Numbered from the stretch's first letter, positions 35,302 through 45,684 are shown. The stretch: 64,000 nucleotides of DNA from an uncultured Gammaproteobacteria bacterium (GCA_964560005.1 CAZLKB010000002.1:192381-256380), one strand, 5' to 3'. Program-made: numbers and translations. The notes: generated by a model not told the origin, from the sequence alone.

Positions 35302-36624
35302 ATGAGTTTGATAGCCATAATTAAAATTTCTTTGCGCGCGATTAGAGCCAACAAAGTCAGAACCGGCTTAACTGTTTTGGGTATAGTCATCGGTATCGCC
35401 AGCGTGGTTATAGTTTTTTCGGCCGGCGAGGGAATTAGCGGCTTGGTCTATAAGCAAGTTGAGGCTTTCGGGGGCACGGATTTAATAGAAACCGAAGTTA
35501 AAAATCCAACCGGTAAAAAAGGTACGCAAGCTGAAATCCAGGGCGCCGTAGCGATGGCTCAAGGGGCGCAAATCACCACCTTATCTTTGGCTGATTATGA
35601 AGAAGTAAAGAAATTACCGAATATAAATAACGGTTACGCGGTTATAGTCGGCCAAGAGAAAGTTAATTACGCCGAGCAGTCAAAAAAAGTTTTGATTTAT
35701 GGCACCACCGCCAGTCTACTGGATATAGATAAGACAGAAATTGATTACGGCCGGTATTTTACCGAAGCCGAGGACAAGTCAAACGCGCCGGTCGCCGTGC
35801 TCGGCAGTAAAATAAAAGAGAAATTATTCGGGGATAGCGACCCGTTGGACAAATATATTAAAATCAGAAAGACTAAATTTCGCGTTATCGGAGTGGTTAA
35901 AGAAAGGGGAGCGATTATGACTTTTGATTACGACAACATGGTTTACGCGCCGATCAGAACTTTGCAGAAAAAAGTTTTAGGCATTGATTACATAATGTTT
36001 ATGATGCACCGGCTTAAAGACCCGGATTTGGCCGATGAAACCGCCGAAGAAGCCAGATTGATAATACGCGCTAATCACGATATTCCTTCCCGACCCTTAG
36101 AGTTTAAGCCGGGCGAGCCGGCCGTCAAAGTCTTGGGCGAGGGCATGACCGATACCAGCAATGATGATTTTAGAGTTGTAACTATGAAAGAATCTTTAGC
36201 CGTGCTAGATACCGTGACCGGAGCCATTACTTTAATGCTCTTAGCTATTGTGGCCATATCTCTCGTAGTCGGCGGCGTCGGCGTAATGAACATTATGTAT
36301 GTTATTATTACCGAAAGAACGGCCGAGATCGGCTTAAGAAAAGCCTTAGGCGCGAAATATAAAGACATCATGATGCAATTTTTGATTGAAGCTTTAATTA
36401 TAACTTTTATCGGCGCCATCGTCGGCGTAATATCCGGCGTGGGCGTATCGTATTTGGTATCTTTGGGAGCAAATTATAGCGGTTTGGATTGGAAATTTTT
36501 TGTGCCGGCTAAAGCTTATTATGTCGCTTTTGGCTTCGCCGTCGTTTTCGGCCTGGGCTTCGGCGTCTATCCGGCCCGCAAAGCCGCTCGCCTTGACCCG
36601 ATAGAAGCCTTAAGGCAAGAGTAG
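35302..36624 (+). CDS. ABC transporter permease (MacB_PCD + FtsX domain), second copy
   Basis: Same architecture, with ERTAEIGLRKALGA. Confidence 0.9.
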   Translation: MSLIAIIKISLRAIRANKVRTGLTVLGIVIGIASVVIVFSAGEGISGLVYKQVEAFGGTDLIETEVKNPTGKKGTQAEIQGAVAMAQGAQITTLSLADYEEVKKLPNINNGYAVIVGQEKVNYAEQSKKVLIYGTTASLLDIDKTEIDYGRYFTEAEDKSNAPVAVLGSKIKEKLFGDSDPLDKYIKIRKTKFRVIGVVKERGAIMTFDYDNMVYAPIRTLQKKVLGIDYIMFMMHRLKDPDLADETAEEARLIIRANHDIPSRPLEFKPGEPAVKVLGEGMTDTSNDDFRVVTMKESLAVLDTVTGAITLMLLAIVAISLVVGGVGVMNIMYVIITERTAEIGLRKALGAKYKDIMMQFLIEALIITFIGAIVGVISGVGVSYLVSLGANYSGLDWKFFVPAKAYYVAFGFAVVFGLGFGVYPARKAARLDPIEALRQE

Positions 36625-36673
36625 ATAATTTGGTTAACCGGCGAAAAATGGTATATTATAAATAATAACAAAT

Positions 36674-38668
36674 ATGTTCCTAAGCCCCAAATCAAAACAC
36701 ATAAATTTTATAGCTTTGCATCAGGCGGCCGAAACCATGGTCAATAATTTTCCGCCGATTAAAAAACGCCGGCATTTAAGGCGAATCTATAAAATTTTAA
36801 AATATTCAGCACTCTCCATGATCGCCCTATGTTTAATCGCGCTGATTTTATTTTTTTCTGAAATTTTAAGTTTTAAGCAGCTTATTGATCAAGCCATATC
36901 CGGCCAAACTAATTTAGAGCAAGCCATAGTCTTGAGCCAGAATGATAAATTAGACGAGGCTGAAATCTTAGCTCTGGCCGCGGAGAATAATTTTGACTTT
37001 TCAATAAACCGGCTCAATGAAGTAAAGAATAACAGTCTAATAAGTAAATTCAATATTGTTTCGGATCAGCTTAATGATATTGAGAGCTTAATAATTACCG
37101 CCCAATTCTTAAGCAAAGCAGTCTACGGCGGCATCAGTTTCGGCAACAGTTTGGAAAACCTATTATCAGGCGATAAAACTTTAAATTTTTCACAATTCAG
37201 TCCCGAAGATAAACAGCAGGTTTTAAAAAAAATATTTGAATCGGCGCCGGAATTAAACGGTATTAAAGCCGATCTGGATTTAGCTTATTTCAATATAGAA
37301 CAAATCAGCTTAAACGGCGTGCTCTTCTCTTTAAGGGAAAAAATCGATCAAATAAAAAATCAAATTCAAGAAGCCAGGCAGATTTTAGAAAAAGCCGTGC
37401 CCTTGGCGCAATTAATGCCCACTTTGGCCGGTTATCCCGAAAAGGCAAAATTTTTAGTCATGTTGCAAAATAACGACGAATTAAGGCCGACCGGAGGCTT
37501 TTTAGGAACTTATGGAATTTTAGAGATTCTGGACGGGGAAATAATTGATTTTAACACTCATGATATTTATCATCTTGACATGCCGGTTAAAGATAAAATT
37601 AATATTGTTCCGCCCGAACCAATTAGGAAATATTTAGTGCCAAAATGGTACTTAAGAGATGCCAACTGGTCGCCTGATTGGCCGACTGCGGCGAAAAAAA
37701 TCGATTGGTTTTACCAACTGGAAAGCCGTTTAAACCCGGAGGCGGAAAAAATTTCTGAATTTGATGGTGTTTTGGCCTTAACGCCAAAGCTAGTCACCGA
37801 TTTAATAAAAATAATCGGCCCGGTCACTATAGAAGGGCAAAACTATAACCAGGAAAATTTTCAAGATTTATTGGAATATCGGGTAGAAAAAGGCTATGTG
37901 GATCTCGGCGTCTCTTCTTGGCACAGAAAAGAAGTGATCAGCCAGATAGCTCAAGAATTAAAAAATAAAATTTTTTCTTTGCCGCCGGCCGATTGGTTTA
38001 CAGTTATTAACGCGGTATTGAATAATTTGAACGCAAAAGATTTATTGATTTACTTAGAAGACAGCCAGTTAGAAAATATTATCATAGATAATGGCTGGGG
38101 CGGAGAGATAAAAGAAGTTTCCGGCGATTATGTTATGGTGGTGGACGCCAATTTAGGCGCGCTTAAAACCGATGCAAAGCTAAGCCGCGGACTAAAATAT
38201 GAAATCAACCAGGGAGCGAACGGCTTGTTCTCTAAATTAATAATTAATTATGCCCATAACGGTAAGGCTGATTGGCGAACCGGGACTTATAAAAGCTATA
38301 CCAGAATTTATGTGCCGCTGGGCAGCCGGTTGATTAAAATCAGCGGCTACGAATTAAGCCAAATTGATATCGCTCAAGAATTCGGGAAAACTTGGTTTGG
38401 TTTTTATTTAACGATTGAACCCGGGGAAATAAAGAATTTAACCATTGAATATAAACTGCCGAATTTAAATTCATTTTCAAAAAATTACAGCCTCTATATG
38501 CAAAAACAGCCCGGCAAGGAAGTGAACGAGATGGCAGTTGACTTAAACTTCGCAAATACTATAAAATCATATAGTCCGGCCAGCCTGTCTACGCAGAGAA
38601 TAAGTCCAACCAAGATTAAGTGGGAAGGAGATTTGAATATAGATAGGAGTTTTAAGATTGAATTTTAA
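36674..38668 (+). CDS. DUF4012-like membrane-anchored envelope protein
   Basis: N-terminal TM. The MLQNNDELRPTGGFLGTYG motif is shared with 57407-60172. Confidence 0.65.
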   Translation: MFLSPKSKHINFIALHQAAETMVNNFPPIKKRRHLRRIYKILKYSALSMIALCLIALILFFSEILSFKQLIDQAISGQTNLEQAIVLSQNDKLDEAEILALAAENNFDFSINRLNEVKNNSLISKFNIVSDQLNDIESLIITAQFLSKAVYGGISFGNSLENLLSGDKTLNFSQFSPEDKQQVLKKIFESAPELNGIKADLDLAYFNIEQISLNGVLFSLREKIDQIKNQIQEARQILEKAVPLAQLMPTLAGYPEKAKFLVMLQNNDELRPTGGFLGTYGILEILDGEIIDFNTHDIYHLDMPVKDKINIVPPEPIRKYLVPKWYLRDANWSPDWPTAAKKIDWFYQLESRLNPEAEKISEFDGVLALTPKLVTDLIKIIGPVTIEGQNYNQENFQDLLEYRVEKGYVDLGVSSWHRKEVISQIAQELKNKIFSLPPADWFTVINAVLNNLNAKDLLIYLEDSQLENIIIDNGWGGEIKEVSGDYVMVVDANLGALKTDAKLSRGLKYEINQGANGLFSKLIINYAHNGKADWRTGTYKSYTRIYVPLGSRLIKISGYELSQIDIAQEFGKTWFGFYLTIEPGEIKNLTIEYKLPNLNSFSKNYSLYMQKQPGKEVNEMAVDLNFANTIKSYSPASLSTQRISPTKIKWEGDLNIDRSFKIEF

Positions 38669-38669
38669 T

Positions 38670-38812
38670 AATTTTCAATTTACAATTTTCAATTTTCAAT
38701 GAATTTTCAATTTATTAATTTTCAAATCACAAATAGCATTTTTGAAAATTTAAGAATTGAATCATTGAAAATTGTTTGAAAATTTGAAAATTTGTGAATT
38801 GAAAATTGAAAA
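38670..38812. repeat. Word-based long hairpin (ATTTTCA words vs TGAAAAT)
   Basis: Left arm 38670-38728, right arm 38741-38812. The right arm overlaps the TTG start proposed by the ORF track for mreB. Confidence 0.85.
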
Positions 38813-38820
38813 TTATTGTT

Positions 38821-39828
38821 ATGTTTATTAAACGAATTGGTATTGATTTAGGCACAACCTATACTTTAGTCCATGTTCCAAAACGCGGCATTGTTATTAA
38901 TGAGCCGAGCGTAGTGGCGATTTCTTTAATTGATAAAAAGATTTTAGCCGTAGGCAACGAAGCCAAAGACATGCTGGGTAGAACCCCGGATACCATCGTC
39001 GCGATTAAGCCCTTAAAAGACGGGGTCATCGCCGATTACCATACCACCGAAGCCATGCTTAGGTATTTTATCAATAAAGCTTTGGGCGGCATAAGATTAT
39101 TCAGGCCAGAAGTCATGGTCGCCGTGCCGGCCGGCATTACTTCAACCGAAAGGCGAGCCGTAATTGACGCTACGATTGCCGCCGGAGCCAGAGCGGCTTA
39201 TATTATTAAAGAGCCGATTGCCGCGGCTATCGGGGCGGATATTCCGATAGGCTCGGCTTCCGGCCACATGATTATTGATATCGGCGGCGGCACGGCCGAA
39301 ATGGCGGTAATTTCGCTGGGCGGAATAGTGACTTCAACCTCGGTCAGGATAGGCGGCAATAAGTTTGATGACGCGATTCAGGAATTCGTCAGGCGCAAGT
39401 ATAATTTAGCCATCGGCGAAAGAACCAGCGAGGAAATCAAAATTAAAATCGGCAGCGCGCTGTATCTGGAAGACAAATTAACCATGGAAATTCGCGGCCG
39501 CGACATGATCACAGGCCTGCCTCGGAATATAACGGTTAATTCCGATGATGTAACCGAGGCGATTCAGAACGAGCTGGAGGCCATCATCAATGCGGCTAAA
39601 CGAGTTTTGCAGGACACTCCGCCGGAACTAGCCGCCGATATTATGGATAAAGGCATGGTTTTGTCCGGCGGCAGTGCGCTGTTAAGGAATATTGATCAAT
39701 TGCTTTCCCGCACCACCGATGTGCCGGCCTATGTGGCCGACGAAGCTTTGCTCTGCGTGGCCAAGGGCACCGGCATCGCGCTGGAGAATCTGGATTCGTA
39801 TAAGAGGAGCATATTTGCCACAAAATAG
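38821..39828 (+). CDS. mreB: Rod shape-determining protein MreB
   Basis: IGIDLGTTYT..., DGVIAD, IDIGGGTAE, VLSGGSALL actin-fold motifs. ATG 38821 is preferred. Confidence 0.95.
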   Translation: MFIKRIGIDLGTTYTLVHVPKRGIVINEPSVVAISLIDKKILAVGNEAKDMLGRTPDTIVAIKPLKDGVIADYHTTEAMLRYFINKALGGIRLFRPEVMVAVPAGITSTERRAVIDATIAAGARAAYIIKEPIAAAIGADIPIGSASGHMIIDIGGGTAEMAVISLGGIVTSTSVRIGGNKFDDAIQEFVRRKYNLAIGERTSEEIKIKIGSALYLEDKLTMEIRGRDMITGLPRNITVNSDDVTEAIQNELEAIINAAKRVLQDTPPELAADIMDKGMVLSGGSALLRNIDQLLSRTTDVPAYVADEALLCVAKGTGIALENLDSYKRSIFATK

Positions 39829-39837
39829 TAAAAATTA

Positions 39838-39930
39838 GTTGAAAGTTATAAAGTTCATAAAGTTATAAAGTGAAAAGACTCAAATTAAATATTTTACTTT
39901 ATAACTTTTAACTTTATAAACTTTATGAAC
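39838..39930. repeat. Word-based long hairpin (ATAAAGTT words)
   Basis: GTTATAAAGTTCATAAAGTTATAAAGTG vs CTTTATAACTTTTAACTTTATAAACTTTATGAAC. Confidence 0.8.
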
Positions 39931-39936
39931 TAAAGT

Positions 39937-41145
39937 ATGCTCATCGGTATTGACGCTTCGCGCGCCAATCGAAAATTCAAAAGCGGCACCGAATGGTACG
40001 CCTTTTATTTAATATTGGAATTGGCTAAAATTGATTCTTTCAATCAATATGTTTTGTATACGGATAAACAGCTGAACGATGAACTAGCCGAACTGGTAAA
40101 GTCGCATACAAATTTCAAAGCTAAAATTTTAAACTGGCCTTTTCCTTATCTTTGGACCCAAGCCAGGTTATCCTTGGAAATGCTGTTTTTTCCGCCAAGC
40201 GTACTTTTTATTCCGGCTCATACTCTACCGATTATTCATCCTAAAAAATCTGTCGTGACTATCCATGATATCGGCTTTGAACGGGAAAAAGAACTTTACG
40301 GCTCGGATAATTTAGGCCCCAGCGGCGGCCTGTTGGGTAAAATTTTCAGTCTTTTGGCAAAATTATTAAGTCTTGGCAAATTCAGCCCCAACACGCTTGA
40401 TTATCATACTTGGTCCGCTAAATATGCCCTTAAACAGGCTAAACGGATTATCGCGGTTTCACGGTTCACTAAGCAAGAAATGCTCGAGGTTTATAAGATA
40501 CAAGGAGATAAAATTCAAGTAATTTATAATGGCTACGACCCTGATTTATATAAAAAGATCACTGATCAAAAAAAAATAGTTGAAATTTTAAATAAATATG
40601 ATATTGCATTCCCGTATATTTTTTATGTCGGCCGCTTGGAAAAGAAAAAGAATACAGCCGCGCTGGTCAATGCCTTCGCCATTATGAAAGAGAAATATAG
40701 GGGAATTAAACACAAATTAGTCTTGGTCGGCAGCGCCAGCTTGGGTTTTGACGAGGTTAAATATGTAATAGAAGAATTTGATTTGAATAATGAAGTGGTT
40801 ATCACCGGCTGGGTGCCGGAGAGCGATATGCCCTACATATACAATGGAGCATCGCTTTTCGTTTTTCCTTCGCTCTATGAAGGATTCGGCATTCCTTTAG
40901 TGCAAGCTATGGCTTCCGGCGTACCGGTGGCGGCTTCAGACATCGCTTCAATCAGGGAAATCGCCGCCCAGGCAGCTTTATTTTTTAATCCGAAAGACAA
41001 GGTCGATATAGCCGAAAAAATGGCAAAAGTTTTATTGGATAAAAATTTGGCCGATAATTTAATTAATAATGGATTAATCAGGGCGAAAAATTTCAGCCTT
41101 AATAAATGCGCCAGAGAAACTTTAGCCGTATTAGAAAAAATGTGA
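39937..41145 (+). CDS. Glycosyltransferase family 4
   Basis: C-terminal FPSLYEGFGIPLVQAMASGVPV (E-x7-E region). Confidence 0.85.
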   Translation: MLIGIDASRANRKFKSGTEWYAFYLILELAKIDSFNQYVLYTDKQLNDELAELVKSHTNFKAKILNWPFPYLWTQARLSLEMLFFPPSVLFIPAHTLPIIHPKKSVVTIHDIGFEREKELYGSDNLGPSGGLLGKIFSLLAKLLSLGKFSPNTLDYHTWSAKYALKQAKRIIAVSRFTKQEMLEVYKIQGDKIQVIYNGYDPDLYKKITDQKKIVEILNKYDIAFPYIFYVGRLEKKKNTAALVNAFAIMKEKYRGIKHKLVLVGSASLGFDEVKYVIEEFDLNNEVVITGWVPESDMPYIYNGASLFVFPSLYEGFGIPLVQAMASGVPVAASDIASIREIAAQAALFFNPKDKVDIAEKMAKVLLDKNLADNLINNGLIRAKNFSLNKCARETLAVLEKM

Positions 41146-41265
41146 AGACGCCCGTTTGAAATTTATCAATGAGTTGTGTTATAATAAAGATGTTATTTAC
41201 CCCGCTAGATAACATCTTTATCTATCAAGGGTCAATTTTAATTGAAATTATGTTCAGATAATTTT

Positions 41266-43542
41266 ATGCGGAAGTTAAGAAAAAAATCTAACAGGGTAGA
41301 AAATAAAATAGCATCTTATTTTAATTTTTTTGTTTTTAGCTTATTAGCGGCAATATTTTTAATATTTACAGCAAATTTTACATCTTCTGATAATAAGACT
41401 GGCTTATATAAAACCGATGCAATTTTAGTAAAATACAAGGTTAGCGAGAAACCGATTCTAATTAATATAGGCGCGGATCAAAATTATAATAAAATTTTAA
41501 ATTATTTCCAGAATTTGCCAACTGTTGAATACGCCGAACCCGATTATATATATAAGGCATCTATTTTACCGTCGGATTCATATTTTAATAATCAATGGTA
41601 TTTGCAAAAAATTAAAGCTACTTTAGCCTGGGATGAAATTAGAGAAAGCCCGTCCATTATCATTGCCATCTTAGATTCGGGAGTGCAAATTAACCATCCG
41701 GATTTAAAAGATAATATCTGGATAAACAAAAAGGAAATCGCCGGCAATAGCCTTGACGACGATAAGAACGGCTTCATTGATGATGTTAATGGCTGGGATT
41801 TTATTAATAGTCTGCCTGACCCGTCGCCTAAATTTACCGAAGGTTACACAGAAGAGGGCATTCTGCATGGCACCATCATCGCCGGTATTGCCGCGGCTTC
41901 CGGCAATAATGCCGCCGGTATAGCCGGAGTAACTTGGAGCGCTAAACTAATGCCGCTTAAAGTATTAGATGATCAGGGCGGGGGCAGTTCGTCAAAGGTA
42001 ATAAAAGGGATTGATTATGCCATCGCCAATAATGCCAATATTATTAATTTAAGCTTTGTCGGCTTCGGCTACAGCAGAAGTTTAGATGAAGCGATTAAGC
42101 GCGCTTATGACGCCGGTATAATCGTAGTCGCGGCCGGCGGCAACGAGATTACTCAAGGCAACGGCTACGACTTAAATGAAAATCCGATGTATCCGGTTTG
42201 CTTAGACGGGCCTAACGGCGAGAATAGGGTGATTGGCGTAGCCGCCACCGATACGCTTGATCAGAAAGCTGATTTTTCAAGTTTTGGCAACAAATGCATT
42301 GATATCGCGGCGCCAGGAGTCAGTATTTTTAGCACAGTAGTCTATTCGCCGGATCATTATATCAATAATCAGACTTTTAATAAATATTATGATGGCTATT
42401 GGTCCGGAACTTCAGTGGCGGTACCTATGGTGAGCGCGGGTCTAGCCTTATTAGAAAGCGCTAATCCGGCATTAGGCAGGAACGAAATCATAAAAATATT
42501 ATTCAGTAGTGCCGACGATATCAATCGGTTAAACCCCAAGTATTTAAATAAGCTGGGCAACGGCAGGATTAATCTTTTAAACGCGGTTTTGGAAGCGCGA
42601 AGCATTCTAAAAAATAAATCGGAAAAACTTTTAATCTCTCCCCAAAAAGGTTATCAAAGTTTATTAAAAATAGCCGATCAAGACGGCAAGATTATAAAAA
42701 GTTTTTTGGCTTATGACAAGCAGTTTAATGGCGGCGTTAATATAGCTTCCGGCGACGTTAACGGCGACGGAAAGAAAGAAATAATTACCGCGGCCGGTAT
42801 CGGCGGCGGGCCGCATATAAAAATTTTTAATTTAAACGGCGAATTAATCGGCCAATGGTTTGCTTTTAATAATAATTTTCGCGGCGGAGTTAAGGTAGCC
42901 AGCGCCGATGTTAATAGCGACGGCCTGGACGAAATTATCGCGGCTCAAGGAACCAACGGCGATTCAGAAATTAAGGTTTTTAATAAACAAGGCGTTTTAT
43001 TAAGCTCATTTTACGCTTACGATAATAAATTCAAAGGCGGTCTGAATTTAAGCGCCGGCGATATTGATGGCGACGGCCAAGCCGAAATCGCCACCGGCTT
43101 GGGCGCGGGAAAAATTCCCGAGGTTAGAATTTTTAAATCCGGGGGGGTTAAACAAGGCCAATTTTTAGCTTATCCGAAAACTTTTCGCGGCGGAGTTAGA
43201 GTCGTGATCGCAAATATTAAAGGCGGAACCCAGCAGAATCGATCCCAAATTATCACCGCGCCGGAAGGCGGCGGCGGCCCTCATATTAAATTTTTTGATG
43301 AAAAAGGCGGCCTTTTATCTCATTTTTTCGCTTTTAACAGTAATTTAAGAAGCGGAGTAAATTTAGCCAAGGCGGATGTTGATAGCGACGGATTGGATGA
43401 AATAATCGCCGCCGCCGGTCCGGGCGGCGCGCCTCATATTCGGACTTTTAAAGCCAACGGCCAAATTATCGGTTCATTTTACGCTTATGAAGAGAGTTTT
43501 AGCGGCGGGGTTAATGTGGGAAGCATCATTATTAACAATTAA
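41266..43542 (+). CDS. S8 family serine peptidase (subtilisin-like) with C-terminal FG-GAP/VCBS-type repeats
   Basis: Catalytic triad contexts AILDSGV (D), HGTIIAGIAAA (H), GTSVAVPMVSAG (S). At least 5 repeats of GDVNGDG..EII...G.GG.P.IK.F. The track start is TTG 41242. Confidence 0.9.
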   Translation: MRKLRKKSNRVENKIASYFNFFVFSLLAAIFLIFTANFTSSDNKTGLYKTDAILVKYKVSEKPILINIGADQNYNKILNYFQNLPTVEYAEPDYIYKASILPSDSYFNNQWYLQKIKATLAWDEIRESPSIIIAILDSGVQINHPDLKDNIWINKKEIAGNSLDDDKNGFIDDVNGWDFINSLPDPSPKFTEGYTEEGILHGTIIAGIAAASGNNAAGIAGVTWSAKLMPLKVLDDQGGGSSSKVIKGIDYAIANNANIINLSFVGFGYSRSLDEAIKRAYDAGIIVVAAGGNEITQGNGYDLNENPMYPVCLDGPNGENRVIGVAATDTLDQKADFSSFGNKCIDIAAPGVSIFSTVVYSPDHYINNQTFNKYYDGYWSGTSVAVPMVSAGLALLESANPALGRNEIIKILFSSADDINRLNPKYLNKLGNGRINLLNAVLEARSILKNKSEKLLISPQKGYQSLLKIADQDGKIIKSFLAYDKQFNGGVNIASGDVNGDGKKEIITAAGIGGGPHIKIFNLNGELIGQWFAFNNNFRGGVKVASADVNSDGLDEIIAAQGTNGDSEIKVFNKQGVLLSSFYAYDNKFKGGLNLSAGDIDGDGQAEIATGLGAGKIPEVRIFKSGGVKQGQFLAYPKTFRGGVRVVIANIKGGTQQNRSQIITAPEGGGGPHIKFFDEKGGLLSHFFAFNSNLRSGVNLAKADVDSDGLDEIIAAAGPGGAPHIRTFKANGQIIGSFYAYEESFSGGVNVGSIIINN

Positions 43543-43630
43543 GTTTTAAAATGAATTTAGCCAAGACAGTAATTATTGACCGGCACAATTTATAATTTAA
43601 TATAAAGAGGTATTATTTAAAATTAATTTT

Positions 43631-44653
43631 ATGTATAAACGAGCGATTTTTGACAAACCTAATGTTCTAGTAACCGGAGGGGCCGGATTTATCGGTTCCC
43701 ATTTATGCGATCGGCTAATCGCCAAAAGCAAAGTGATTTGCTTGGATAATTTTTCTACGGGCGATGAAAGAAATATCGATCATTTATTGTCTGATCCCAA
43801 TTTTGAGTTTATTAAGCACGACATTACCGAGCCGCTGAATTTAGAATCGTTTCCGGAGCTGCAAAAATTTAAAATTGAATTTCAGGGAATACAGGAAATT
43901 TATAATTTAGCCTGCCCGACTTCGCCGAAAGATTTTGATAAAAATAAAATACCCACCATTCTGGCCTCATCGTACGGCGTAAAAAATATGCTTGACTTGG
44001 CGGTCAGATATCAAGCTAAATTCATGCAGTTTTCTTCCTCGGTGGTTTACGGACCCAGGCAAGACAATGCCGTAAAAGTTAAAGAAAGCGAAACCGGCAG
44101 AGTTGATTTTTTATCCGCCAGAAGCTCGTATGATGAAGGCAAGAGATTTTCCGAAACTATTGTGGAAAATTATCGTAAAGTTTATAATGTCAATTCAAGG
44201 ATTATCCGCTTATTCCGCATCTACGGCCCGCGCATGAAATTAAATGAAGGCAATTTAATTCCCGATTTTATAAATAACGCCTTAGACGATCTAGATCTGG
44301 TTATACCGGGCGGCGAGAATTTTACCACTTCGCTTTGCTATGTTAACGACTGCATTGATGCCGCCGTAAAGCTGATGGACAGCGAAATCGGCGAACCCGT
44401 CAATATCGGTTCTGATGTTAACATTAATTTAACCAAAATTTGTGAAATTATCATTAAAATTCTTGAATCAAATTCTAAAATTAAATACTCGGAAAAAGAT
44501 TTGTTTATTACGGAATTAGCTCTGCCGGATATATCTAAAGCTCGTGAAAAATTGGGCTGGCTGCCGATAATAATACTGGAGAAGGGTTTGGAAAAAACCA
44601 TTAACGACTTAAGGGCCAGCAAGGGATTAAAAACCGTCAGTCAAGCTTTATAA
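43631..44653 (+). CDS. NAD-dependent epimerase/dehydratase (UDP-glucuronate decarboxylase-like SDR)
   Basis: VLVTGGAGFIGSHLCDRL Rossmann motif, YDEGKR catalytic motif, UXS-like length. Confidence 0.8.
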   Translation: MYKRAIFDKPNVLVTGGAGFIGSHLCDRLIAKSKVICLDNFSTGDERNIDHLLSDPNFEFIKHDITEPLNLESFPELQKFKIEFQGIQEIYNLACPTSPKDFDKNKIPTILASSYGVKNMLDLAVRYQAKFMQFSSSVVYGPRQDNAVKVKESETGRVDFLSARSSYDEGKRFSETIVENYRKVYNVNSRIIRLFRIYGPRMKLNEGNLIPDFINNALDDLDLVIPGGENFTTSLCYVNDCIDAAVKLMDSEIGEPVNIGSDVNINLTKICEIIIKILESNSKIKYSEKDLFITELALPDISKAREKLGWLPIIILEKGLEKTINDLRASKGLKTVSQAL

Positions 44654-44655
44654 TT

Positions 44656-45324
44656 ATGAGAATCTTTTGCGTAATACCCGCCTTTAACGAAGCTCTAACC
44701 ATTAAAAAAATAATCAGTGAAGTTAAACCGCTAGTTGATAGATTGGTGGTGGTTGACGATGGATCGGAAGACCGGACGAGCGCGGCCGCGGAAAATCAGG
44801 GGGCGGTTTTAATTAGGCATATTATTAATCGCGGACAAGGAGCGGCTTTAAGGACAGGCACGGAATATAGCCTGGCTCAAGGCGCCGATATTATCGTTCA
44901 TTTTGACGCCGACGGGCAATTTTTAAGCCAGGATATCCTTAGGATCGTTGAACCGATTAAGTCGGGACAAGCTGAAGTGGTCTTCGGTTCGCGTTTTTTA
45001 AATAACCAATCTAAAACCAGCCTGCCTTCCTTTAAAAGGTATTTTATTATGCCTCTAGCCAAGGCGGTTAATAAAATATTTTTTAAAATCAATTTAACCG
45101 ATCCGCAGAGCGGTTTTAGGGCCATGTCGGCCAAGGCCGCTGAAAAAATCAGCTGGCAGCAGGATAGAATGGCTCATTGTTCTGAAATTATGTTTGTGGT
45201 TAAAAAAAATAATTTTAAAACCGTAGAGGTTCCCATTAAAGTAATATACAATAATTTCGGCCAAAGCTTTTCCGGCGGTTTTAAAATCTTAAGAGACTTG
45301 TTTATCGCTATGTTAAATAATTAA
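44656..45324 (+). CDS. Glycosyltransferase family 2 (DPM1/GtrB-like)
   Basis: CVIPAFNEA...VVVDDGSED...FDADGQ motifs. Confidence 0.85.
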   Translation: MRIFCVIPAFNEALTIKKIISEVKPLVDRLVVVDDGSEDRTSAAAENQGAVLIRHIINRGQGAALRTGTEYSLAQGADIIVHFDADGQFLSQDILRIVEPIKSGQAEVVFGSRFLNNQSKTSLPSFKRYFIMPLAKAVNKIFFKINLTDPQSGFRAMSAKAAEKISWQQDRMAHCSEIMFVVKKNNFKTVEVPIKVIYNNFGQSFSGGFKILRDLFIAMLNN

Positions 45325-45369
45325 GTCATAATGTTTACCAATAATAATTAGTGTTAAACCTTAAAATTT

Positions 45370-45600
45370 ATGCCAAAACAAGAATGGGTTAACAGCCCAG
45401 AAAACTGGAAAGATCAATTGAAGCAACAGATTGAGTTCACAACTGAACATATGGAATCACTTGGGCAACATCTTAAATCTTTAAGCGTTGATTCCATGGA
45501 GTTGGAAGATGTAAAAAGATTTTCTAAAGAGCTCACAATGTTGAATACTGATTTAGATGAAGCTTTAGAAAATTTTGGAAATAACGAGGAAAGAAAATAA
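45370..45600 (+). CDS. Small acidic hypothetical protein (76 aa)
   Basis: ORF only; helical, acidic composition. Confidence 0.45.
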   Translation: MPKQEWVNSPENWKDQLKQQIEFTTEHMESLGQHLKSLSVDSMELEDVKRFSKELTMLNTDLDEALENFGNNEERK

Positions 45601-45630
45601 AAACTAAGATATTACTAAGTTACCTTAAAT

Positions 45631-45684
45631 TCCCCTAACCACCTCCGCCAGAGGCGGATAAATTTATCAAGGGGGCAAAATTAT
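45631..45684 (+). promoter_or_regulatory. Conserved 5' motif (CCCCT...GC-hairpin...TTATCAAGGGGGCAAAA) upstream of the ATG
   Basis: Shares its architecture and the string TTATCAAGGGGG / TCAAGGGGGCAAAA with 60181-60273. CCCCT can pair with the AGGGG of the SD-like element. Confidence 0.45.
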
